The notes below the pieces were generated by a model, which was given only the letters and a program-made list of their open reading frames with translations, searched no databases and was not told the DNA's origin. Source: a virus (taxonomy: Duplodnaviria > Caudoviricetes). Taken from it: DNA of 30,592 nucleotides. Position 1 is the first letter of the stretch; the number at the start of each line of letters is the position of its first letter. Both the position numbers and the translations under genes were made by a program. Shown piece after piece: positions 1-9,492 of this stretch. The stretch spans positions 1 through 30,592 of the IMG/VR virus record IMGVR_UViG_3300051213_000220, one strand, 5' to 3'.

Positions 1-1
1 T

Positions 2-661
2 AAAAATTATTATAAGTATAAATCTAATGAAAGTAAGTGTTCTAACTTATATTGTATAGAATGTAATGATGTTAGATTGTATGGAGATAAAATATGTGAT
101 AAATGTAAAGTTAGTAAAAGATATACAGCTGCTTACGATTATATATCTATATGTAGACATTGTAATGTAGAGTTTGGTATAGATATTAAATTAAGAAACT
201 TAGGAAGTGTTGCTCAATTAAATAATTATTGTTCTATTGAATGTAATAAACAATCAAAGAAGATTACAAGAAAAAAACATCAAAAAATAAATAGAAATAA
301 ATATAAAAGAATTAGAGATGATAAGGAATGGGCTAAAATATATGGTAATAAATACGAGCCAATTAGTAGGAATATTGTATATAGGAAACATAATTATATA
401 TGCACATCATGTGGCGTTAAGTGCTTACATCCTAATAAAGAAAACTATAATCAATCAAATGCAGCAACATTAGACCATATTATACCTAAATCAAAAGGTG
501 GTTCACATACTTATGATAATGTTACATTACTTTGTAGGTCTTGTAATACTATTAAGAGTGATAAGATACTTACACAGTTTAAAAGAAACCAAAGTCAATT
601 AGAATTACAATTCATTGACTATATTCCGCAAGGGTCACAGTTACAAATGCAAATGGAATAA
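2..661 (+). CDS. HNH endonuclease with Cys-rich N-terminal region (5'-truncated)
   Basis: Frame is open from base 2 (KNYYKYK...YCIECND...), so the 77 start is not the real one. CTSCG...TLDHIIPKSKGGSHTYDNVTLLCRSCN is a classic HNH motif. Lies just upstream of the terminase genes. Confidence 0.9.
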   Translation, partial: KNYYKYKSNESKCSNLYCIECNDVRLYGDKICDKCKVSKRYTAAYDYISICRHCNVEFGIDIKLRNLGSVAQLNNYCSIECNKQSKKITRKKHQKINRNKYKRIRDDKEWAKIYGNKYEPISRNIVYRKHNYICTSCGVKCLHPNKENYNQSNAATLDHIIPKSKGGSHTYDNVTLLCRSCNTIKSDKILTQFKRNQSQLELQFIDYIPQGSQLQMQME

Positions 662-814
662 TGAAACAAGGTCACAGCAAGAGGCGAGAGGTCGAAATAC
701 ACGGGGGAAGGGGTGAGGAATGCCTGGTACAGGATAATCATTGCGTTAAACTTATCTCGCACTCACGCAACCTCTAAAAGGGGGTTCAATTCAAAATCAT
801 AAACCATAAACAAC

Positions 815-1264
815 ATGGCACAAAAAAGCATAAAGACAAAACTACTCCAGGGAACATTGGAGAAATCACGCGTTAAGACATTCACTCCCGGTGAAATCGG
901 TGAGCCTATGTTTAACCTTGACGCAGGTGAGCAAAGAATCTACAACAGAATCCGTGAACACCTCCACCTTCACAAGGCTGGAAAGCAGGTTGATGAGATT
1001 TACCTTTCAATCGCAGCACGGGCAATAGGTCATTTATTGCACAATGCCGAGATATTAAGCAAAGATGGTGCAGTTATGGTGCATCCAAACGGTGCAAGGC
1101 AGGTAAGTGCCGAATGGACTGCATTTAAGCAAGGTTTTGAACTTTTCCTTGAATTATCAAAGACTTTAGGCTTAGATCCGAAGTCAAGGCTAACATTAGA
1201 GTATTTCCAGGATGGAAGTGGTGATGAGGAGGATGAAATTGCCAAACTTCTTAAAATGAACTAA
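815..1264 (+). CDS. terS: Terminase small subunit (P27-like)
   Basis: Size and position. KLLQGT N-terminus, DGAVM...NG segment and LGLDPKSR C-terminal motif are typical of P27-family TerS. Confidence 0.85.
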   Translation: MAQKSIKTKLLQGTLEKSRVKTFTPGEIGEPMFNLDAGEQRIYNRIREHLHLHKAGKQVDEIYLSIAARAIGHLLHNAEILSKDGAVMVHPNGARQVSAEWTAFKQGFELFLELSKTLGLDPKSRLTLEYFQDGSGDEEDEIAKLLKMN

Positions 1265-1266
1265 AA

Positions 1267-1482
1267 ATGGAACAAGTTAAAGAAATTGCCATCTCCATTC
1301 TTGCATCTGCCACTGCTCTGGCACTTATTTCGGTGCCGGTGTACATCATGTGGAACTGGCTTATCCCTAATATTTTTAATCTGCCATACATTGACTATGT
1401 TGAGGCATGGGGATTGATGGCTTTTGCAGTTTTGCTAAATAGTATTTTTGGATTAACTGTAAAAAGTAAAAAAGATAAATGA
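1267..1482 (+). CDS. Small two-helix membrane protein
   Basis: Two hydrophobic stretches around MWNWLIPNIFNLPYIDYVEAWGL. ATGA overlap with terL. Confidence 0.7.
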   Translation: MEQVKEIAISILASATALALISVPVYIMWNWLIPNIFNLPYIDYVEAWGLMAFAVLLNSIFGLTVKSKKDK

Positions 1483-3146
1483 AATTTATTGAGGATGTTG
1501 TTTCGGGAAAGTTATTGTTAGGCAATTACGCAAGGTTGGCAGTTGAACGGCATCTGAATGATTTAAAAAATAAAGATTGGGAATATACCTATTCCGAGGC
1601 ATACGCTACCAGAGCCTTTAACTTTATCTCTGCCCTCCGGCATACTAAAGGAGAATTTGCTGGTCAAAGGTTTAACATCCAACCTTTCCAGGAGTTTTTC
1701 ATAAAGGTCCTGTTTGGATGGCAGAGAAAAGATGGCGGCAGACGATTCCGCAAGGCATACCTTGAAATAGCAAGGAAGAATGGTAAGACAGAGTTAGCCG
1801 CTGCTATTGCTGTGTATTGTTTTCTCTGTGATAATGAAACGGGAGCTGAGGTGTACACAGCTGCAACTACCAGAGATCAGGCAAGGATAGCATTTGATAC
1901 GGCAAAGGTTATGCTTAAATCATTAAAGGCAGATTCACGGACATTTAACAAGTTAGTCAATGTATTAAAGTATAATTGCAATGTGCCATCTACTAATAGT
2001 AAATTTGAGGCAGTTGCATCGGAGGCAGATACTTTGGATGGACTTAATCCGCACTATGCCGGAATAGATGAATATCATTCGCATAAAACAAGTGATGTCT
2101 TAGAGGTAATGGAGACTGGTATGGGATCACGTTCACAGCCATTGCTCCTAATTACTACTACTGCTGGCTTTAATCGTGAATCACCTTGCTATATGTTCCG
2201 GAAAGTAATGGTTGACATTTTAGAAAATAGGAAAGTAGATAATAGCGTTTTCTCTTTGCTATTTTGCCTGGATGAAGGTGACGATTGGCAGGACAAAAAG
2301 AATTGGACAAAATCTAATCCTAACCTGGGAGTTACTCCTTACATTAGTTACATGGATGATCAGTATCAAAAGGCATTAAACGAAGGAGCTGCTAAACAGA
2401 TACAATTCATGACAAAGAATCTAAACGTATGGACAACTACCTCCAGTGTTTGGATATCTAATAGTTACATTGAATCTACCAGGTTAAAAGTAGATGATGA
2501 TATTCTGTATAATAAGAAATGCTTTGCAGGCTTAGACCTTGCCTCCACTCGTGACATTGCGGCCTTAGTGCTTTGTTTCCCTGTGCAAGCCGGACTTGAT
2601 AAGCCACATATTAAATCCTACTTCTTTTGTCCAGAGGATAACGTAAGGGAGAGATCATTATCTGATGGAGTGCCTTATGTGCAATGGGCACAGGATGGAG
2701 ATATTATTATGACAGATGGCAATGTTACTGATTATGATTTTATTAAAGCTAAAGTAATTGACCTAACAACAAAATATAAAATAGAGTGTATAGCGTTTGA
2801 TAGGTGGAACGCTTCGCAGTTGGTTATACAGCTTACAAATGATGGTGCTAACATGAAACCATTTGGACAAGGATTTATTTCAATGTCTGCACCAACAAAA
2901 GAAATAGAAAAGATGTTTTTATCATCAGAGATAACACATGATGGGAATCCGGTAATGGAATGGATGATGACAAATGTAATGTTGCGGTTTGATCCTGCTG
3001 GAAACATAAAGATAGATAAAGCTAAGTCAACAGAGAAAGTAGATGGGCCGGTAGCTATGGTTATGGCTTATGCTCAAATAATGGTTGAGGAGAGACCAAC
3101 CATATACACATCTGGTGAAAGAGAGCAAGGATTATTAATGTTATAA
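1479..3146 (+). CDS. terL: Terminase large subunit
   Basis: Walker A ARKNGKT, Walker B-like GIDEYH, ITTTAG coupling motif, nuclease GLDLASTRD and KVDGPVA. Confidence 0.97.
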   Translation: MKFIEDVVSGKLLLGNYARLAVERHLNDLKNKDWEYTYSEAYATRAFNFISALRHTKGEFAGQRFNIQPFQEFFIKVLFGWQRKDGGRRFRKAYLEIARKNGKTELAAAIAVYCFLCDNETGAEVYTAATTRDQARIAFDTAKVMLKSLKADSRTFNKLVNVLKYNCNVPSTNSKFEAVASEADTLDGLNPHYAGIDEYHSHKTSDVLEVMETGMGSRSQPLLLITTTAGFNRESPCYMFRKVMVDILENRKVDNSVFSLLFCLDEGDDWQDKKNWTKSNPNLGVTPYISYMDDQYQKALNEGAAKQIQFMTKNLNVWTTTSSVWISNSYIESTRLKVDDDILYNKKCFAGLDLASTRDIAALVLCFPVQAGLDKPHIKSYFFCPEDNVRERSLSDGVPYVQWAQDGDIIMTDGNVTDYDFIKAKVIDLTTKYKIECIAFDRWNASQLVIQLTNDGANMKPFGQGFISMSAPTKEIEKMFLSSEITHDGNPVMEWMMTNVMLRFDPAGNIKIDKAKSTEKVDGPVAMVMAYAQIMVEERPTIYTSGEREQGLLML

Positions 3147-3409
3147 TGTACCTAATTGAAAAGCTAAAAATGTCAATTATGGAGATTTTAATGAAAAAAC
3201 ATGAGTATGCACAACAAGTCAGGCAAATTAATTGCACCAGTGGATATTTCCACAGATTTTACGAACTTGTGAGCGATTATCCAAGGCATGAGGATGCCTG
3301 GCAGAAATTGGAGGAAGAAAGAGGTGAATTAGGACTTGATGAGAAGTATAGCACCTATAATTCATTTAGAAAAGCAAAGAAAACATATATGGATGTTAGG
3401 TTTGTTTAA
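3146..3409 (+). CDS. Hypothetical protein between terL and portal (possible regulator; start could be 3146, 3170, 3179 or 3191)
   Basis: TAATG coupling to terL. Helical, with basic/aromatic C-terminus KYSTYNSFRKAKK. Confidence 0.6.
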   Translation: MYLIEKLKMSIMEILMKKHEYAQQVRQINCTSGYFHRFYELVSDYPRHEDAWQKLEEERGELGLDEKYSTYNSFRKAKKTYMDVRFV

Positions 3410-3419
3410 CGTGTTACTG

Positions 3420-3456
3420 TAAGTTGTTGATTTCATACTGATTTTGTTTATTTTTA
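3420..3456 (+). promoter_or_regulatory. Candidate promoter for the portal/head operon with overlapping IHF-type box
   Basis: TTG (3427-3429)-N19-TATTTTTA (3449-3456) is one mismatch from the Bacteroidota TTG-N19-TAnnTTTG consensus. The reverse complement of 3420-3432, AATCAACAACTTA, fits WATCAANNNNTTR. Confidence 0.45.
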
Positions 3457-3460
3457 CCGC

Positions 3461-4741
3461 ATGGCTATACTTAACTCCATGCGGTCTTTTTTTTCGTCGA
3501 AACGTGGTTCGATAGAAAATCCATCTACACCTATTAACGGTGACACCTTAGGTGCATTGTTCCAGCGTGGAAGTGCAGCAGGTGTAGCAGTGGATGAATA
3601 CGCAATTATAGGACTTCCTGCTTTTTACAGAGCAACACAAATACTTGGAGGTGTAGTAGCATCTATACCTTTTGATGTTATTGAAAAATTAGATAATGGT
3701 GGTACAAGGATTGCAACAGAACATCCTAATTATAAAATAGTCTCCAGAGAGCCATGTGAGTTATATACCTCTCACACTTTTTATAAAACAATGGTACTGC
3801 ACTACCTGGCTCATGGTGCTTTTTACGCTGTGATCAACAGGAACAGTCTTACAAATAGAGTAAATAACCTACACATTCTTAATCCAACAAAAATGGAGAT
3901 AGGATATAATAGTAGGAATGAACTTATATTTAAAAATAAAGAGACTAACAAAACATACAAGGGAGATAACATACTTTATATTCCAAATCTTGCATGGGAT
4001 GGTGTTAAGGCTTTGTTAGTGCCAGACGTTCACCGTGACAATTTTGGATTAGCTTTAGCCAATAGAAATTACGGTGCTAACTTTTACAAAAACGGTGCGC
4101 ATCTTAATGGTGTACTTAAGCATCCTGGAAGATTAACCAATGAAGCATACGATAGATTAAAAAGTAGCTTTAACAGAGCATTTGGTGGAAGTCAAAACGC
4201 TGGAGGTACTGCTATTTTAGAGGAAGGAATGGATTTCCAAAAGGTAGGTCTTAATCCTTCCGATGCAGCATTCAATGAAACTAAGAAAGCTACTATCTCC
4301 GACATAGCAAGAATTACCGGTGTGCCAGGTATATTATTGGAAGATATGGATAAGGCTACATTTGGCAACATGGAACAGTTGAGCCAGATGTTTGTAAATT
4401 ATACTATTATGCCATTGTGCGAAACGATAGAGGCAGAATTTAATAGGAAATTATTTTTTGAGGCAGAGAAGTACCAGTATTGCACACGATTTAATCTTGA
4501 TGGCTTACTGCGTGGTGACATAGCAGCAAGATCTTCTTATTACACTACGATGCGCAATGTACTTGCCATGTCACCTAATGAAATTCGTATTAAAGAAAAT
4601 ATGAATCCTTATGAAGGTGGAGACAGTTATGAGTTACCATTAGCATCTAATATTAAAACAGAGCCATCCTCCGAAGGCATTGCACATGAGCAAGAAGAAG
4701 ATGTGATTGACATAAACGACGATAGCAATGGCGCACAGTGA
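3461..4741 (+). CDS. Portal protein (HK97 family)
   Basis: NFYKNGA..GVL, NAGGTAILEEGMDF, IARITGVP, NMEQ and MSPNEIRIKENMNP motifs. Confidence 0.96.
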   Translation: MAILNSMRSFFSSKRGSIENPSTPINGDTLGALFQRGSAAGVAVDEYAIIGLPAFYRATQILGGVVASIPFDVIEKLDNGGTRIATEHPNYKIVSREPCELYTSHTFYKTMVLHYLAHGAFYAVINRNSLTNRVNNLHILNPTKMEIGYNSRNELIFKNKETNKTYKGDNILYIPNLAWDGVKALLVPDVHRDNFGLALANRNYGANFYKNGAHLNGVLKHPGRLTNEAYDRLKSSFNRAFGGSQNAGGTAILEEGMDFQKVGLNPSDAAFNETKKATISDIARITGVPGILLEDMDKATFGNMEQLSQMFVNYTIMPLCETIEAEFNRKLFFEAEKYQYCTRFNLDGLLRGDIAARSSYYTTMRNVLAMSPNEIRIKENMNPYEGGDSYELPLASNIKTEPSSEGIAHEQEEDVIDINDDSNGAQ

Positions 4742-5660
4742 TTATCCAGAGGCAGCGACTAACGCAGCAAAGAAGGCAAGGAAACACAAAGAGGAGAATG
4801 GCTCTGATTGTGGTACAAGTGTTGGCTGGACAAGAGCAAGGCAATTAGCTAACAGAGAGTCATTAAGTGACGATGAGGTAATTAGGACATATAGTTTTTT
4901 AAGTAGAGCCAAGGTATATGACCAAGGCAAGTATTTTGACGAGAATGAGAATGAGATATGTGGTAGCATTATGTATGATGCCTGGGGAGGAAGTAGTATG
5001 TTGCCCTGGGCAGAAAGTAGAGCAAAGAAAATAATGGATGAAAGGTCTAAAGAAAATAACATGGAAAAGAGAAGCATAAATTTTGAACTAAGAGCTAAAC
5101 CGGAAAGCCGCACCATTTTTGGCACTGCCACAGTCTTTAACTCCTCCTATGACATGGGATGGTATGATGAGGAGATGTCTCCAGAGTCATTGAATGAGGC
5201 AGACATGGATGATGTCGTAGCTTTGTTCAACCATGACATGAACATGGTATTGGCAAGGACAAGTAGCGGCACATTAAAGCTAAATCTTACTGGTGATGCT
5301 ATGGAGTACGAATTTGAGGCACCTAATACTACATTGGGCAATGATCTTTTAGAGATGGTTAAACGTGGTGATGTGTATCAAAGTAGTTTTGCTTTTACCG
5401 TAGAAACAGAAGATTGGCAAGAGAGAAAAGGAATGAAACCTAAAAGAGTTATACGCTCAATTAAAAAGGTGTATGATGTTTCTCCTGTAACTTATCCTGC
5501 TAATCCGGATACAATGGTGGCTAAAAGAAGTTATGAGGCTACAAAGGAAATAGACAAAGATTTGCAAACAATAATTGATATATCTGTTAAGTCAGAAATT
5601 AATATACAGAACGAGCTACGCAGGAATGCCCTGCACTTATTAAATTTAAAAACAAAATAA
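4728..5660 (+). CDS. HK97-family prohead protease with ~110-aa N-terminal extra domain (internal start at 5061)
   Basis: ALFNHD..VLART, SSFAF and YDVSPVTYPA protease motifs start after Met112. The upstream domain (GTSVGWTRARQLAN...YDAWGG) is unrelated to the protease. Confidence 0.92.
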   Translation: MAHSDYPEAATNAAKKARKHKEENGSDCGTSVGWTRARQLANRESLSDDEVIRTYSFLSRAKVYDQGKYFDENENEICGSIMYDAWGGSSMLPWAESRAKKIMDERSKENNMEKRSINFELRAKPESRTIFGTATVFNSSYDMGWYDEEMSPESLNEADMDDVVALFNHDMNMVLARTSSGTLKLNLTGDAMEYEFEAPNTTLGNDLLEMVKRGDVYQSSFAFTVETEDWQERKGMKPKRVIRSIKKVYDVSPVTYPANPDTMVAKRSYEATKEIDKDLQTIIDISVKSEINIQNELRRNALHLLNLKTK

Positions 5661-6886
5661 TGAACTCTAAATTGCTAAGAGAAAAGCGGGCTTCCGATTA
5701 TGCTATAATGGAAGACTTGCAGAAGAGAGCAGCTGGCGAAGGACGTCTAATGAATGCCGAGGAATTGGCACAATGGGATGCCGCTGATGCTAACTTTAAA
5801 AATTATACAGACCAGATTTCTCGTTTGGAAAGATGGAATGAGATTAACTCTGAAGAAAGAGGTGTTAATCCTGTGGAGCAGACAATTAATGCAATGCCAA
5901 GAGATGCAAGGGAGATTGTAAAATCACCAGAGTATCACACAGCATTCATGAAAGCACTTGCAAAGCGTGACTTAACAAGCAATGAGCAATCAATGCTTAG
6001 AGAGATGCGTGGCACTGCTACCATCACGACTGCGGAGACTGGCTTGGCAGGTGGTTATGTTATTCCTTATCAATTCTCTTATGAGTTGGAGAAGACTATG
6101 GCATACTATGGGCCAATGCTTAATGTTAGCCGTATTATAACTACTCCACAGGCAGGTACATTGTACTGGCCAAAAGTAAATGATACAGCTACTGCTGGCT
6201 CATGGCATACTGAAGGAGGAGCGGTGACAGTACAGGACATGACTTTCACAAGAGAGACTTTCGGAGCTCACGTTTTAAACACACTTGTAAAAGTATCTGT
6301 TGAATGGGCAAATGACGAGTTTGGTCTATTGAACACAGAATTACCAATTATGTTAGGTGAGCGTTTAGGTCGTGGCTTAAACACTGCATTTACAACTGGT
6401 GATGGTTCTGGAAAGCCAACTGGATTTAAAGATGCTGCACCTTCTGGTGTTGAATCTGCATCTACTGGTGCATTTACAGCTGCTAACTTAGTTGAACTTG
6501 TTCACTCTGTTGACATTGCTTACCGTAATTCACCATCTGCTGCATTCATGATGCATGACCAGATTTTAAGTGCAGTTAGAAAGTTAAACTTAGACACTAA
6601 CAACACTACTTTGTTCCAACCATCACTTCGTGAAGGAACTCCAGATAGATTGTTAGGCTACCAATTCTTTGTAAATAATGATCTTCCATCTACACAAGCT
6701 GCTGATGCAAAGATTATTTACTTTGGAGATTGGAGTAAGTACATTATACGCCAGGTGGCTAACAATGTTCTTGTGCCATTGCGTGAGAGGTTTATGGATG
6801 AGATGGAGCTTGGCTTCTTAATGTATGCGAGATTTGATGGCAAGTTGATACAGACTGCTGCAATTAAGCACTTGAAGAATCTGTAA
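5660..6886 (+). CDS. Major capsid protein (HK97 fold, with N-terminal coiled-coil delta domain)
   Basis: GGYVIP, GDGSGKPTG, PDRLLGY, IYFGDWS and ARFDG motifs. Position after the protease. Confidence 0.96.
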   Translation: MNSKLLREKRASDYAIMEDLQKRAAGEGRLMNAEELAQWDAADANFKNYTDQISRLERWNEINSEERGVNPVEQTINAMPRDAREIVKSPEYHTAFMKALAKRDLTSNEQSMLREMRGTATITTAETGLAGGYVIPYQFSYELEKTMAYYGPMLNVSRIITTPQAGTLYWPKVNDTATAGSWHTEGGAVTVQDMTFTRETFGAHVLNTLVKVSVEWANDEFGLLNTELPIMLGERLGRGLNTAFTTGDGSGKPTGFKDAAPSGVESASTGAFTAANLVELVHSVDIAYRNSPSAAFMMHDQILSAVRKLNLDTNNTTLFQPSLREGTPDRLLGYQFFVNNDLPSTQAADAKIIYFGDWSKYIIRQVANNVLVPLRERFMDEMELGFLMYARFDGKLIQTAAIKHLKNL

Positions 6887-6903
6887 ATAATAGGGGGATA
6901 GTG

Positions 6904-6931
6904 AAGGGATAGGGAGAAATCTCTATCCCTT
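6904..6931 (+). terminator. Stem-loop after the capsid gene (weak terminator or mRNA stabiliser)
   Basis: AAGGGATAGGGA-GAAA-TCTCTATCCCTT: 12-bp stem (one G-U) with GNRA loop and no real U tract. Confidence 0.6.
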
Positions 6932-6946
6932 ATTAAAAATATAGAC

Positions 6947-7507
6947 ATGGCTTGGAAAGTAACAACGGCACCTGCTAAAGAAGTTTGGACATTAAATGAA
7001 GTAAAGAATTATCTGAAAGTAGATACATCTGCTGATGATACTTTAATTACTACTTTATTGCAGTCAGCTCGTGAAGTTGCAGAGCGTTACCTCAACCAGG
7101 CTTTAATCACACAAACTATTACAGAGAAGTTAGACAGACTTAATAATCCTACTATTTACTTATCTGTATCTCCTGTAATTGCCGTTTCATCATTTCAATA
7201 TCAAGATGGTGTAAATAGTTTACAGACTTATGATGCAGCTAATTATGTTGTAGATACATTTTTAAAGCCTGGCAGATTATCTCTTGGTTACGGCAAGACA
7301 TGGCCTACACTTTACGGTAATATAAATGATGTGACAATTACCTACACGGCAGGATATGGCACAGAGCCATCCGGTGTACCAATGCAGATAAGACAAGCAG
7401 TTTTAATGATGGTAGCAGATGGTTATGATAACAGAGAGGATTATATTAAGAAATTACCAACGGCATCAGAGTATTTACTTGACCAATACAGAGTACAACT
7501 ATTCTAA
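6947..7507 (+). CDS. Head-tail connector (HK97 gp6/gp15-like)
   Basis: TLNEVKNYLKVD...DDTLITTLLQSAREVAERY, YTAGYG, QAVLMMVA..YDNRE. Confidence 0.9.
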   Translation: MAWKVTTAPAKEVWTLNEVKNYLKVDTSADDTLITTLLQSAREVAERYLNQALITQTITEKLDRLNNPTIYLSVSPVIAVSSFQYQDGVNSLQTYDAANYVVDTFLKPGRLSLGYGKTWPTLYGNINDVTITYTAGYGTEPSGVPMQIRQAVLMMVADGYDNREDYIKKLPTASEYLLDQYRVQLF

Positions 7508-7851
7508 TGAGATACAACAAAAAAGAAGAGATTGGTAAATTAAGAGAAAGGATAATAGTGCAAAGCGTTAGTCGCTCTGTAACTACAAGTGGATTTGGCA
7601 CAGAGACATGGAGTAATTTAGCGGAGGTATGGGCAGTGGTGGATTATAAAGGAATTAACAAGGAAGAGGTAGAAGGAGGCAAGATAACAGCATTAAGCCA
7701 GGTGAGGGTTACCTGTCGAAATAGGACAGACATAAACGAGCAACAAAGAATAATCTGGATGAATAAATACTATCAAATAGAGAATGTCCAGATTAGTGAG
7801 GATAATATGTATTTACATTTATTTTGTTCATTTGCTCAAAACTATATGTAA
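7507..7851 (+). CDS. Head closure / head-tail adaptor (SPP1 gp16-like)
   Basis: IGKLRERIIVQ...G.G..TW...VWA...RIIW..KYYQI pattern and position. Confidence 0.88.
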   Translation: MRYNKKEEIGKLRERIIVQSVSRSVTTSGFGTETWSNLAEVWAVVDYKGINKEEVEGGKITALSQVRVTCRNRTDINEQQRIIWMNKYYQIENVQISEDNMYLHLFCSFAQNYM

Positions 7852-8408
7852 TGTTTATATCACAAGCAAAGTTAAATAGGCTTAAAAGATTGGAAGGCAA
7901 GACTAATAAAAAAGGTCAGCCTTTAGCTATTTCTAATTTTGCAAATAGTGTTATAGAACTTGATAATATTATGCAGCAAATTACCATTACAAAGAGAAAA
8001 GAAATAACAAAAGCAGCAGAACCTATTGCACTTGCAGCTTATAGAAATCTTGTTCCTAATTCAAATAAGTTACATAAATTTTATATAAAAGGTAAAGGTT
8101 TAAAGTACAATATTATGCCTGGTAATTTACAGCGATCAATACAAATAGTGAGCGATGTAAAGAACTTTAAATATTTAACTTCTGCTATTGGCCCTATATA
8201 TAAGGATGCTGGTAAAGGTGTTACATTAGGTAGTGATTCTAAATCAGATGGCTTTTATGCTCACATGGTTTATGGTAGCACTAAGGCATGGGTAAAGAAA
8301 GTTAAGAATCAAGCGGAAAGAGCAAGTCAAATGGCAGTTATAAGCAAAATGTCATCTGAAGCTATGTTAATGGCTAAACAATATCCTCGTAAATTCTGGG
8401 AAATATGA
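7851..8408 (+). CDS. Neck/tail component (HK97 gp10-like)
   Basis: PGNLQRSI and GFYAHMVYGS motifs. ATG at 7851 is coupled (TAATG) to the upstream stop, so it is preferred over TTG 7824. Confidence 0.75.
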   Translation: MFISQAKLNRLKRLEGKTNKKGQPLAISNFANSVIELDNIMQQITITKRKEITKAAEPIALAAYRNLVPNSNKLHKFYIKGKGLKYNIMPGNLQRSIQIVSDVKNFKYLTSAIGPIYKDAGKGVTLGSDSKSDGFYAHMVYGSTKAWVKKVKNQAERASQMAVISKMSSEAMLMAKQYPRKFWEI

Positions 8409-8794
8409 TAGGGAAAGTAATATACGGGAGATTATCAACTGATGCAGCAGTTACTGGTATTTGTGGATTAAATATCTATCCGGACATTGCTCCACAAAAT
8501 GTGCAATATCCTTTTTTAATATACACTATTACTAATTCTATACCAGTAGATTATAAGGATGGTCAAAGTAACTTGGAAGAAATAAATATACAGATTGATG
8601 TATATACTAATAATTACGATACTACACAAACACTTGCAAACAATGTGCGCAATAGGTTGGATAGATTTGTAGGCACAGTAAATGGTATTTCTGTACAAAC
8701 AATAAAATACATAAGCTCCGATAGTCAAGTCTATAATGCTGACTTAAATGTTTATTGGATGAGTGTTGATTTTATGGCAAATATGAAACGATGA
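8405..8794 (+). CDS. Tail terminator / completion protein (DUF3168-like)
   Basis: IYPDIAPQ..YPFLIY, IQIDVY, LANNVRNRLD. ATGA coupling at both ends. Confidence 0.85.
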   Translation: MIGKVIYGRLSTDAAVTGICGLNIYPDIAPQNVQYPFLIYTITNSIPVDYKDGQSNLEEINIQIDVYTNNYDTTQTLANNVRNRLDRFVGTVNGISVQTIKYISSDSQVYNADLNVYWMSVDFMANMKR

Positions 8795-9045
8795 AACTAA
8801 GATTATTAAAAGAATGGAATGGGAAGGCACCAGGTAAAGTTGGTGTATTTTTATCGGAATATGGCGAGCAAATGATAAAAGATGGGATTGCAGAATTACT
8901 TGATGAAAGCTTTGTTGTTGAACAAATGCCGCAGAAAGAGGAGACTAAGCAAGATCCAGTCTACATTCCTATTCCAGTCCCTAATTCATATTTTAACAAC
9001 GAAGAGCAAGAAGAAGGAATTATTAAACCGAAAAAAAATAAATAA
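8791..9045 (+). CDS. Small hypothetical virion-assembly protein
   Basis: N-terminal MKLRLLKEW...GKV...MIKDGIAE followed by an acidic/basic low-complexity tail. Coupled start. Confidence 0.65.
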   Translation: MKLRLLKEWNGKAPGKVGVFLSEYGEQMIKDGIAELLDESFVVEQMPQKEETKQDPVYIPIPVPNSYFNNEEQEEGIIKPKKNK

Positions 9046-9047
9046 AC

Positions 9048-9476
9048 ATGGCAACTACTGGCATTATTAATGGTACGTTGATGCGCCTATACAAAGATTC
9101 AACTGCGATAGGTTACGCAACATCCTGCCAAATGAACATCTCCGCAGCTATGCGTGAAATCTTGACAAAGGATTCAGCAGCTGGAGGATGGAGGGAAGTA
9201 AAGAAAGGTCAGCTTTCCGGCACATTGTCCACAGAGGCATTGTACGCTGGGCCTGGCGATTCTTCTACTAATTACTTATTTGATGATCTCTTTACCGATT
9301 TAATATCTGGTACTGCATTGACCATTAAATTTACCACAGACGTACAAGGTGACAATGTCTTTACAATGAGTGCTATCTGTACATCATTAGACTTAAACGC
9401 AGGTGTAGAAGAGAATACAAGCTATTCAGCATCCTTCGAGGTTACTGGTGCTATTACAAAGACAGTTAAAGCATAA
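9048..9476 (+). CDS. Major tail (tube) protein
   Basis: IGYATSC, TKDS..GGWRE...G and SYSASFEVTGAIT motifs. Strong A-rich start. Confidence 0.88.
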   Translation: MATTGIINGTLMRLYKDSTAIGYATSCQMNISAAMREILTKDSAAGGWREVKKGQLSGTLSTEALYAGPGDSSTNYLFDDLFTDLISGTALTIKFTTDVQGDNVFTMSAICTSLDLNAGVEENTSYSASFEVTGAITKTVKA

Positions 9477-9492
9477 TTTTAAATCCTAACAC

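Noticed and set aside
661-777. 38-codon ORF coupled to the HNH stop
   Set aside because: No recognisable features, and it overlaps the probable packaging signal region.
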